64,000 nt of DNA, from the NCBI GenBank assembly GCA_965153285.1, contig OZ229116.1, one strand, 5' to 3'. Position 1 is the stretch's first letter, and each line of letters begins with the position of its first letter. Positions 26,210-37,918 of the stretch are shown here, piece after piece. The translations under genes were made by a program, and so were the position numbers. The DNA is from Podarcis tiliguerta. Lineage: Eukaryota. Below the pieces are notes generated by a model that worked only from the letters and a program-made list of their open reading frames with translations, had not been told where the DNA came from and ran no database searches.

Positions 26210-26458
26210 CATGGGTAGGCAAACTAAGGCCTGGGGGCCGGATCTGGCCCAATTGCCTTCTAAATCCGGCCTGCAGACGGTCCGGGAATCAGCACGTCTT
26301 TACATGAGTAGAATGTGTCCTTTTATTTAAAATGCACCTCTGGGTTATTTGTGGGGCACAGGAATTCGTCCCCCCCCCCAAAAAAATATAGTCTGCCCCC
26401 CCAAAAGGTCTGAGGGACAGTGGACTGGCCCCCTGCTGAAAAAGTTTGCTGAACCCTG
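26210..26458. mobile_element. hAT-type MITE downstream of the SRA1 stop
   Basis: TIRs catgggtaggcaaact / agtttgctgaaccctg; perfect 8-bp TSD ggatagat (26202-26209, 26459-26466). Confidence 0.85.
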
Positions 26459-26831
26459 GGATAGATGCTATTTCTATTTTATTTTAAAGGAACCATTTTT
26501 TACTGCAATGTCTTCATTGTAGAGAGGATATTTTGCTGCTATAATTTTTTTACTGTAACCCTCTACTGGCTTCCATTCAACCAGTTCCCACTATGACGTT
26601 CTTTCCACATGCCCTTGGGGCAGTGTGGCGAGTATGATGACAACAGTTGGTGTGCATCCTGCTTCTTTCAGTCTTAAACACTGCAGTTTAATTCTAGAAG
26701 TAATTTTTCCATTGTGGCAACTATTGAAGGTTACTATAGTAATTCAATAATAACATTCCATTAACCTTTCGGTGGGGAGTTACTGTTATTCAGCAATGAT
26801 CCTTCTGATTGGCTGATAGCATCTATAAGTT

Positions 26832-26985
26832 TTTTTGTTTTTGTTTTTTTTTTAAATTGAAATACTGTGTACACAGTTTCAAGGTAACATTACACTTTAT
26901 TTCCCCTTTATCTCACATGGGGCTCAAGCCCACAACCCTGAGATTAAGCATTTCATGCTCTACCGACTGAGCTACGACAGCTCAT
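26832..26985 (-). mobile_element. tRNA-Lys(CTT)-derived retroposon (SINE or processed tRNA pseudogene)
   Basis: Minus strand TAGCTCAGTCGGTAGAGCATGAAATGCTTAATCTCAGGGTTGTGGGCTTGAGCCCC resembles tRNA-Lys-CTT with a broken acceptor stem and T-loop. Followed by about 55 nt of unique tail and an A-rich tail; 18-bp TSD. Confidence 0.8.
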
Positions 26986-27969
26986 TGACAGCATCTATAA
27001 GTTAAGGCTTATGTTGTTACCTTGATTTTGCTAATTCTTAGAAACAAGTCTTGTATCTTAACTTGCATAATACACATATTAAACAAGTCCCCAGCTTCCA
27101 ACTGTTGGCTGCAAATGGGCCTCTTAAATGTCTTGCTGTACACAAGCATAACAGCAGCTAGAAGCCAACGACACCTCAGAAGCAAGGTGTCAAGTCTGCA
27201 TCCTCTGTCTAGGCTGTACTGGACATTGCCAACAGTCTACATGTTGGCATGATTCACACATTATACTAAACCAAACCATAGCTTAGTATGAGCACGTGGG
27301 TTCTAGAAGAGACAGCAGCCACTTTGCTCTTCTGCCATGCTGAGCTAAGCCATAGTTTGGCTTAGTGTGTTGTCTGAACCCAGACTCATTGTTTAGCTCC
27401 AGACTAACCCACGGAGTTGTGACCAAGGGTTGCCCTATGATTTTGCTCCTCTTATCTCAAGTGTTCTAAAAACAACCTCCCAACACTGCAACACCAACAC
27501 TGAAAAACAATAGCAATTGTATTCAGTGATTTACTTCCCAATGTTTTAGATTCAGCTCCCCTGCCTTGGTTTCTTACCTACTAGAGGCAATTTGCTCTAC
27601 AAATATAGTGTCCAAAGGAGTCAAACTGCAAGTCAGTGTAGGGCAAAGATGGAGCACTGGACTAGCCATGAAGCTCACTGGGTGACCTTGGGCTCCTTCA
27701 CTAGCTCTAATCTGCCTCAGGGCTGAGAGGAGAAAGCTGGGGAGCTTGGTCAAAATTGTGCATAAAAAATAATAAACTGCTAGAATCCTAGTGTAGTTTG
27801 TTTTAAATATAAGGACTTATACTTTATGTAGAATAAAAATGCGACCATACCCATATATTAAAAGACCCTACAGGAAAGGTGGGTGGCCACAGAAGGGATT
27901 TTTTCTTCGGTGCGTCTCAAACTTTTAGTCCACCACCTGTAGTTTCTCAATGTACTCTATACTAACAGT

Positions 27970-28084
27970 CAGGGAGTTCTCCAGGGTTCAAACAGCTTTC
28001 TCAGCCTTATGTAGAAGTGCTGGAGGCAAAACATGGACCTTCTGCATGCAGGACGTATGTTCTACCATTGAGCTATGGTCCTTC
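27970..28084 (-). mobile_element. Decayed tRNA-headed squamate SINE (Squam3-like)
   Basis: Minus strand gaaggaccatagctcaatggtagaacat...tgcatgcagaaggtcc head. Similar decayed copy near 35445-35605. Confidence 0.55.
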
Positions 28085-28099
28085 CCAAAGATAAGTTTT

Positions 28100-28458
28100 A
28101 AAAGGTAAAGGTACCCCTGCCCGTACGGGCCAGTCTTGACAGACTCTAGGGTTGTGCGCCCATCTCACTCAAAGAGGCCGAGGGCCAGTGCTGTCCAAAG
28201 ACACTTCCGGGTTACGTGGCCAGCGTGACATCGCTGCTCTGGCGAGCCAGAGCTGCACACGGAAACACCGTTTACCTTCCCGCTAGTAAGCGGTCCCTAT
28301 TTATCTACTTGCACCCGAGAGTGCTTTCGAACTGCTAGGTTGGCAGGTGCTGGGACCGAGCAACAGGAGCGCACCCGCCGCGGGGATTCGAACCGCCGAC
28401 CTTTCGATCAGCAAGCCCTAGGCGCTGAGGCTTTAACCCACAGCGCCACCCGCGTCCC
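28100..28458 (-). mobile_element. Sauria SINE, full length, same subfamily as 6620-6977
   Basis: Closely similar sequence (aaaggtaaaggtacccctgcccgtacgggccagtc...). TSD aagataagtttt 28088-28099 / aagataggtttt 28459-28470. Confidence 0.9.
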
Positions 28459-31400
28459 AAGATAGGTTTTGTGTACCACTTAAAAATGCTTTAGCTTTTG
28501 ACAGCATTACATTTGATAGGCTCTTGTTTGTGTACTGGTATTTAGTTTTAATCTATTAGCATGATTATTTTCAATTTTAATGGTTTTAAAACCATCTTTG
28601 GGTAGTAGTCAAATAGATTTTACTCAGAGTAGGCCCACTGAAATTAGTGTGACTGCTAGGTCTACTCAAGAAAGGCCAACAATATATGATGCTGCAGTAA
28701 AAAAGGTACTTGGCTGCCTTTGAGCAAATGATTTTTACCCACAATACCAATGCCATGGCATGTTTCCCAAATTCATACTTTATAGGCTATTGGCTGGGCT
28801 AGACTCAGGTGTTCCAAGGGTGCTGGGAAAAGTTAGCACAATAGACACCTCAGATTAGGGAAATATTCGGTTTTCAGTCTCCATTCCCTTGATCTCAGCC
28901 CACACCCAAGAGGCCCGGTTAAAAATGGCCCTGAGATGGTACTGCACACCTGCAGCTCTATCTTAAAACAGCAACAATCTCTCTGTGATGCTGGAGATAC
29001 AAGAAAGTAAAACGCAAACATATGCCTATCTGGCAGGAGTGTTTGGGCAGCAGAATTTTGGGAAGTTGTGATCAGATTTCTGCAAGCACAAAACAAAACT
29101 CATAGCCAATCCCCACCGTGGCTCTTTGGGGATGGCCCCCAGACCAATGGAAAGATACATACAAATAAGGTATTTACAACTGCAAGAATGCTAATATCAA
29201 GATATTGAAACTATCTAGGTGTAAGCAAAGAAAAATATATGACCAAGTATGGCCATATCAGGGAAATTGAATTATCAGCTTTGATTAAGCAGAGACTTAA
29301 ATAACCCCCCCCCCCCCCCCCGTTTGGAATATTTTTTTCTTCATGCAATAGCCACATGATCCTAATATAATACACCGACATCTAGAACTTGTTACCAGCA
29401 CCACACAATATATTAAAAGTTTTTCTTCAGAAGATCTCTAAATACAGAGATACGGAGATATAGTTGTGAACTCTGATTGATACTCTGATGCTGCAGAATC
29501 CTTCTGATGTCAATATTTTAATTTATGGATATGATTTGTAATTTGTGAATTGTCCTAATGTGTTCAAAGGCTATTAGCTGTATTTTTCTTTTCTGTATTC
29601 TATCTTCTTTCATGAATAAAAAAATATTCTCCCCACCCGAGAGATTCTTGGTAACATCCAAAATTAGTCATACTTCTGGCTAATGTTGGATATATGTGGT
29701 AGCTTTGATTATAAGAGGACTAAAATACAACTGTCAGTACGGTAATGTCCTAATATGTAGCTGCAGTGCAGACACACTTGGAATACCTTGCACAATTTTG
29801 ACAAGCCCATCACATGGTATCGTAGGGTAATAAAAATGAATGGGGACCTGGAGTACCTTTCCTACTAGGAAAGGCCATATTTGTAGCATAGAATAGTGTT
29901 TTATAAAATTATGTATGGTGTGGAGATTTATCCATTAGCAGTGGATTGTTGGTTATAAAAGACTGAGGTGAAAGCCCTTGATTAAGGTCATTTTGCAATT
30001 TGTACCAAACATTTTTTCACTGTTAGCTTTAAGGATTGTTTTTTTTTTCTTGATACCATAAAGATTCACTAACAGCATTGTAGTGGAATTCCCTCCACCA
30101 CCCCCAGGTGGTGCTAGACAAGCTGCTAGACAAACACAACTTGGACAGACTATCAGAATGATGCAACCAGACAGACACTAACAAATGCACATGGTATAGC
30201 ACTGAAATTGAGAAGTGTGTGTCAAAATCTTGCTCCTAAGGCTAATTATAAACATCCATGTCCTCCATTTAATCACTCTTTAACAAAGCTCTCACAAAGG
30301 GAGGAAATGTGCTGCTCTTGTCTTGCTGCCACCAGAGGTTAGTCTTTGTCCTAATAACATACATTCCACAGGGTACACTCCCAGCTGAGTTGGTACAGGC
30401 TACATTCCTAGTCGTGTGCCAGAAATGAAGGAAGCCAGACTTGCTTCCAACCCAGGCATTTGGGTGCAGTGGATATTTAAAAAACCCTAAGCTACTATTT
30501 TCTTAAGTGTTTTGCACTGGTAAAGGGCAGGTAAACATCTCTTCCTCAAAATTTACACCTGTTGAATGTAACGTTCAAACCCTGCAAAATAGTAAGACTC
30601 TTTCTTCACCTGGGAATTTTGTGTTTTCAGGCAGGCTGGAACAATGTGCAAAAAGCTTCTGCTGTATCTTGGAACTTTGATGTCATAAGGTGACCAGATT
30701 TGGCAGTTGAGATCACACTTCTATAAATGGGAATCTACTCTCAATTCACTTTACATATTGAAGTATTTGGATTAACAAAAACCCCATTGAACCATGTCTA
30801 CCTGTCCATCAACTGACTTCACCCAGCTGGGTGAAGTCAGGTGATGGGTGAGAGCCAATCCTGCTTAGCGTGTGTATTTCCTGTGGGTTAACTTTGGCAG
30901 GTGGGTGGGCTCTGCCCATCTGTTAAAGTTGGCCACGGGGTAGGGAAGTTACACAGATATGGTCTGCCAGGCCAAAAAGGTTCCCTACTGATGCTCTAGG
31001 GGGTACGATCTGAACAGGAAGATCTTAGTTCGAAACCCCTTTCAAGTATTAAGCTCACTGGGTGAGCTTGGCAATTGAACTGCTACATAGAATTACAGAT
31101 TCCCAATTCTTCTCTACATCCTGAGCATTTGGAGAACTTACTGATTGTATCTGCCCACAATAAATTTGACTATTATACACATCATTGCATCATACTCATC
31201 ATTGGTTACCAAAAGACTAAGTGCACCAGTGTAACATCTGCAGCCTTGCACTATTTAGGTGATGAGCTGCCTTTTCCCTAGTCAGCAACTAGTTTCACTA
31301 CTGGGCCACATTGTGAAGGAGATGAGTGTGTGGCCTGCTGGCAAGCCCCGTTGTGTTAGAAACAAATTAGCTTTCTACTGTGCACTCCAGCCAAACACAA

Positions 31401-32134
31401 CTTAGTATTTCTGCTTCTGCATTGCAAGCTCTTCCAAATCCAGAAATATGACAAACTGTGTGACAAGTTAATTAACTGATGTTGAGGTTTCATATTAAAG
31501 CAGCCAGTTTTAGAGCATCACTATGAAATATGACTTAGGGCACCAGCACAGTAAAGTCACCCACTTCCCAAGGAAGAAACATGGCTTTGGCATAGCATCT
31601 CGTAACTCTGCAAGTCCATTTTTGAGAGTTGAAGTCAGAGAAGAATTTTTCATGTTTAAAGATAATTTAATTTTAGTTCTGAGGTGTATGTTGGGTATAG
31701 ATACCTTAGGTTGGTATGGAACGTGTACTTAAATATGAATCTGTTACTTAAGTGAAGGAGCTTGATGTGTTGTTATATGTACTCTTAACACCTACTGGTG
31801 ATTCTTTGGTTGGTTTGTTCTGTGTTAGATTTCTGAGTACCCACTTTAACACAACCTGGTAGACTGTGTCCGCTGAATAAAGCTACCCTTGGCTATAGTG
31901 CTGAGGAGTCAGCCACCATGGCCGTCCAGTGATTCAACCATATTCTAGATTTCTCTGACTTTCTATCAAATACCAGAACCACTAATAGTACTGGAAACAG
32001 TGTTGTACAACAGTTTTCTAAAAGTGCTGAGAATCTATTAATGATCTTAAAATTACTGACAGTACCAATCCAACGGTACAATCTTGCAACTGATTTCATT
32101 AAGATCATTACACAAAACTTATAATGTTCATCTT

Positions 32135-32140
32135 TTTATT
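32135..32140 (-). terminator. ANKHD1 polyadenylation signal (3' UTR about 32115-32578)
   Basis: TTTATT on + is AATAAA on -, about 440 nt after the stop, followed by a U/GU-rich tract on -. Confidence 0.65.
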
Positions 32141-32578
32141 GAATATTCAGGTAAATATTTCACATTAATACAGGCTACATAAAGTAGAGCCACTATACGA
32201 CATGAAATTTACTCAACGTTTTTCCTTTTAAGTATGTAAACAATTATACATGTATTTATCACCCTAAAAGGTTGAAATCATGTACTCATCTAGTTCTCTG
32301 CTGCATACAAGTAGCATTCAGTAGTGTTTAGCCAAAAGCACTAGGTTCATCCGATTTTGAGTTCAAAATGGCTAAACTAACTGGAGAACAGAATCAGTTG
32401 AATAGGTAACTCATTTTGTTCTTACACAATGGGCAAACAAGTTTCTCTTGTTATAGCCCGCAGAAAAATTGCTTAGTTAGGCACATTAAAAAAATTCCCA
32501 AGTTCTTCCAAGGTCATATGTTTCTCCAAACAAGGCTTAAAAAAAAGAAAAGGAAAGAAAAAGGTAGGCCCTCCTAAA

Positions 32579-35500
32579 TCAGTTGACGTATTTGAGGTGC
32601 ATGTTTCCAATGTGAGGCGCCCAGGTGCCAGGCCAAATCTACAGGAGGAGAAACATCACAAAATAGTTAATTTCAGAGTATGGCTCCAACACCACTATAC
32701 AAAGACCTACAGAATCAAGTGGTGCAAAAAAACAAGTTCTAGCTGACTAAAGCTTGGCCCCAACACCCAGATTTAATGATCAGCTATCCCACCAAGACTC
32801 CATTTTGAAGTACACTTAAGGAAAATGTAACATTAGGATGGAAGAATGAAGACACTCCTAGTACTCTTACAAAAATTCAATTATATTATTTAAGGCAGAT
32901 GTTTGAAAATTTAATAGTACAAAAAGCATTAATTACTGCACCTGCTGAGCATCGGTACATTCTGTTGAATTTTGGACAACCTTTATCATGGGATTCCATG
33001 CTGGATCTGGAGTATGCAGTCCATTGAAGAGAGGCCCACCTGGTCCATCAGCTAGCTGAGGATGAGACGGTATAATGGTGCCTCCATACATGGAAATTGG
33101 AAGGCCCTAAGGAGAGACATGGCAATTTACAGAAAGTGGTAGCAGAGAAACAGGTTTACAGATGAGTAGCAATCTTATTTGTAGTAACTAATGAGTACAA
33201 TGCTACTGTTACGCAGAGATTATCTGCAGAATTCTACACCACCTCTAAGAGGCTCCTGAGCATAGACTAACCAACTTATGTTCTACATTAGAATAATGTA
33301 TCTGTGTCAACCCTACATTATTATTTTTTTACATTCATCACATAATATAAAAGCACATTTTAGCACCTATCCGCCTCTTTTAGAAGCTGCCTAACTAGAT
33401 AAGATTCATTTATTTGATACCAGCATATTGTTGGAAATTTGTGAACATTCTAGCCAACAGAAGCCAGGGCAGTTCCCACATTTCCCCATCCAAATTAATG
33501 TTTATACTGCTTTCCTTACCAATTAAATCCCTCTTCTATCATAATAAATCTGGTCCTGCCCACAAGATATTATGTAAATTGGGACATTGGACCTAACAGA
33601 CCTTCATGCCTAACAGCACATTTACCTACTGTACTGTAAGGTAGGGATCACCAACACTGTGCCTGTGGGCTCCAAAATGCCCATCAGTACACACTCAATT
33701 AAAGCTCAGAGTAGACATGAGGGCCATTTCTATTGGGCGGACTCCAATTATAGAACGTTCTTCCCAGTGAAGCCTGTCTTGTGTTGTCTTTTCAATTCCA
33801 TGTTAATATTTTTCTGTTCTACAAGACTTTAAGATCTGCCTTTAAGTCTCTGCGATGTGGTTGATGCTTTAATGTACTAAACATATTTAATGGCTGCTAT
33901 AGTGATATGCTATATATTGTATTTGATTGTGCTGGTTTTCTATTTGGGTTTTTGTGCTAATTTTGGTATAAGTACAACATGGCTGTTAATTATTAAGGTT
34001 CTTTTAATCCTCTACAGTTCCCAGACAACTTATAAATAAATAGGGTGGGATTCACCTAACAGCCCCCACCAACAGAAACCCTGCACAAGGACTTCTGCTT
34101 GGGAAATGGGGCTCCCCCCCCCCCAACTGGCTTGAGGGGGTCAGGAAAAACCTCCTGAACAGTGTTGGGAGGTCTGTTCAATCAGGCAAGCTGGAATGCT
34201 TGTGCAAACAGAATGATTGGAATTCCACCCATAAACCAGTAGTTTGGAAAGTCTTCCTCTCCACAGTACATATACAATCCTTGATACTCAAGAGTAACTC
34301 ATTACTGTGTAACAGGCTCTTCTCCCCTATACACATCAAAATGTAAGGCTGTTGTCACCTGGCAGTTCGCATGGCTGCCAATAGCTGGGCACACCAACTC
34401 CAGTGTGACAACAGAACAGCAGGTAGGCAGCTGTACAAGCAAATTGCTGTGTGAAGCACCTCCCTCTCTTTGCTAAATGCAGCTGCACCAAAGTTTAAGA
34501 GAAAGAAGACACTTCAGAGAAAATTGAAGCATCTCTCCCCTCCTTTAAAAGGGGGAGGGACTTGGGGCGAGCTGTAAGGAGACAGGCAAGGGGTGAGTGA
34601 GGTGTAAAGGAATGAGGGAATGGCCAGGTGTGTGGGGGGGGGGGAGAGAAGGGGTTTGGCAGGTAGGCAAGGTTGGCAAGTGGAACAAGCAGAGATACGC
34701 AACACATATTAATACACAAAACGGCAAGCAATGCAGAATGTTATCCCCAATTAGCACAAATTGCCTATTAGACACCCCAGACAAACAGAAGTGATGCTAT
34801 TCTGGAAGGACTGGAAGCTGAGAAGCCCCCAATGTTCACAAACAGCTTCCATTGAGAATACAAATTCTAAGAATGTTTTACAGCTGTATGATTTAGTTTA
34901 ATTTGAAGCAACTGTGGAGGTCTGTGCATAGTATGACTGTGCGCAAGTGTGAGAGAGAAACTTTTGAAAGCGTACTTTAGAGAAATCTACAAAGCTGTTC
35001 GGCATAGGCTGCTGGAAAATATTTGAGGGCGCCACTATTCCAGAGTCATCTCTCTCCATCGGCTGATGTTGGGAAAAGGTGCCAGGGTCCGACAGCTGCT
35101 GATGAACTGGATGATTTCCCATGACAGGCTGAGACCAACCTGACATGCCTTCTAGAAAGATAACGAAGCACTTGTTTAGGGATCAGAAAAATCTCTCGTA
35201 TTAATCAAATTTTATCTCTCTTATTACCCAAAAGTTAGAAAAGCTCCTTCTTGCCGCAGGAAGAGCCCACCCAACTCTACACACACTGCTCTTCAAGGGC
35301 AGTGACCTTTCCATGGCAAATCCAAGGACTAGTTCTCAGTCCTCATTCTCCACGATTAATGACTGTGTCCTTTCACAAAGTTTATCTGCCACCCTCCTGA
35401 GATTCCTGTGGCCTGAGGTTTAGGAACATGAGAAACTGCTTTATCATAACAAAGTGTTTGCCCATCTAGCCCAAGTATTATCTGTGCCTAGCAGCAGATA

Positions 35501-37874
35501 GTTCTGTGTCATCCTTCTAACTGGGGATTCCAGGGATTCAGCCTGGGACGACCTCCATGCAAAACAATTGCTCTGCCATTTAAGGGTACGTTGTCCCTTT
35601 CCCTCCTCACCAACACCCTCTTGTACTTTGTCCTGCCAATGTCTCAAGCCAAACATGGTGCTAGCAGGACATACCTGCACAACAGAACTACTTAGTAGTA
35701 GCTGAAACTTCACTTACTGATTCACTGCAGCAATACCTACTCCCCAAGATACAAACTACTATTTGAAATTCAAAAGGACTTGCCTCTTCAGAAATAGAAA
35801 ATGCTGCAGTAAAAAAATCAGGAATTAAAACTCCAGCTGCTATCACAGGGTTCCCTTTTTGCCAGTACCTCCCTTATTTGGGGTCTGATCACTGCACATC
35901 AAAGGCATGTATTCCCCCCCCCCCTTCTTCCCATATCCTAGAAGTTGTCACACCCTGGCACCACTCCCGTTTTGGTATCTCCAGGTTCTCATCTAGCCTC
36001 TATACGCCCTTTCAATGGTCTTCCGTATCCAATTTACTGAATATTACTTATCGAAAGATCTTCCTTCCTGTTAACTGCTATCTTCAATTGCTCTGAATGC
36101 CTCTTCTAAACCGTTGTGTCTCCTCCATACCGATCACCCCTTTCCAGTTTCCTACACTGACTCCATGGGAAGCATTGCACTGACTTGAAGATTCGCTTTG
36201 GAGCTCTCTCTACTCATGTGTCTTCATTCCTTTCATGCTGCACAAGGCTCACTATCAGCCACTTTCCCCACTCCCCTTTCTCTGAACTTTCTGCCATGCA
36301 ACAGTTCTGTATCCCTGTAGAGACTTATTTTCCTGCAGCTCCACTTCTTTAGCCACCTTCCTGGCTATTCTCAGAAACACTCTTCTATTCAGGGCTACTA
36401 CTGGCATTATTAAATTCCTGCATGGAAGATTTCCACTCTTGCACAAAGTAGGAAAAGCACAATGTGCAGGAATACATGTTTAAAGTACTAAAGATGTTTA
36501 AATAATTTCTGTCTAAACAATGGACTCTTTAGGATTTATTTAGTTAAAAGCTCAAGAGCTTGATATAATGCGGCTGGGAACCTTTATCCTGTATTTGCAA
36601 ATTACTGTTTCCTTTAACTCTTAGAATCATTTCCTTTGAGATACTCACCTGAAACATTGTTAACACCAAATGACCAGATACCACTGTGTCCGACAGGAGC
36701 TGCAAAGTTGGTTCCCAAGGGGGTAGGTGTGACAGAACCTCCTTGACGAATCCTAGCAAGTCTTTCTGTTCCAATAGGCGGTGGCACCTTTCGATCTTGT
36801 GCTGTGCTCCCTGATTTTGGCTGACCCAGAGAAGAAGGTGCAGAAGCAGCTGAAAGGGGCGAGGATGATCCCGAGGAAACTGATGGAATAGGAGATTCAC
36901 CTGATGAAAAAACAGTTCTCTTGCTTTATCACACATGAAATGCTGAGTTACCTTAACTGCTGCTCTAGGAAGTTTCCACTAGAGATGAAATTCTCAATGC
37001 TTCAGCAAAAGTACACTTCTACTGTAATCAGCGGGATTTAAATACTAAAAACATTTTTTTTTGTAAAGTATCAGTATTTTGAAATAGATGAAAACTGTGT
37101 TTTGAATTTTAATGCATCTTAAATTAGGTTATAACATGGTGCTTCATGATATAGTTTATTATTAGCTTATGTCTTCAAAACTGTACATCCATCAAGGAGC
37201 TGTTTGAGAACAGGCTTCAGGGAATGCATTGGCAAAGCAGACCACTTCTTATTGGACAATTCTGACAGGTGGCTGGGATTGCTCACCTGCCAAAGGCGGC
37301 CCATGGAGTGCAGTGAGATTAAGATCTGACTTGCTGGCCAAAAGGGTCTCCCTCCCTTCCCCAAATGTCTCTAATCATCAGCCTCAACAAAAAGCTGGGT
37401 CACCCTGCCTAAGTTATCTAGGCTCTTTAAACTTTTATACTTCAGAGCTATCTGCCAGGTTTATTGTTCTTTGTCCCTGACTGACATAGGAGCCAATGGC
37501 TCTCTAGTTTATTTACTAAGCTTAAAAATAACTATAGGGGACGTTTTCTCCATGACTGATCTATGAAACAGACTGGACTGCGTAGTGGTCTGTTAACAAG
37601 CACTCAACTGATTTCCCATCTCCATACACCAATGTCTAGGATAAATAAGCCACTAAAGAGAGAGATAAGGGGAGAAATAACCCAAAGGCAGCCAGCCAGC
37701 AGCTTCCTTGTGGTGTATAATTGCAGCCTCCTCCAAATCACTGCTGAACAAACAAAATTATCAAGAGCTGATCTCATTCAGCAAGCATCCTATACAGACC
37801 AACTCTAGATGAATCTATAACATGACTTAAGCATCACTTATTTACATTCAGATATTCTGAACTTGTCTGGGATC

Positions 37875-37918
<44 letters not shown>

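Noticed and set aside
26911-26985. Functional tRNA-Lys gene
   Set aside because: Acceptor stem does not pair, T-loop GTTCGA is mutated to GCTTGA, and it carries an A-tail and TSD, so it is a retrocopy.
30095-30120. AGCACCACC-TGGGGGT on - as the 4E-BP STTPGG motif, or a CTCF site
   Set aside because: Frameshifted, on the wrong side of the exon-2 candidate, and it matches the CR1 segment agtggaattccctgcca...ggtggtg within a decayed CR1 remnant near 29820-30150.
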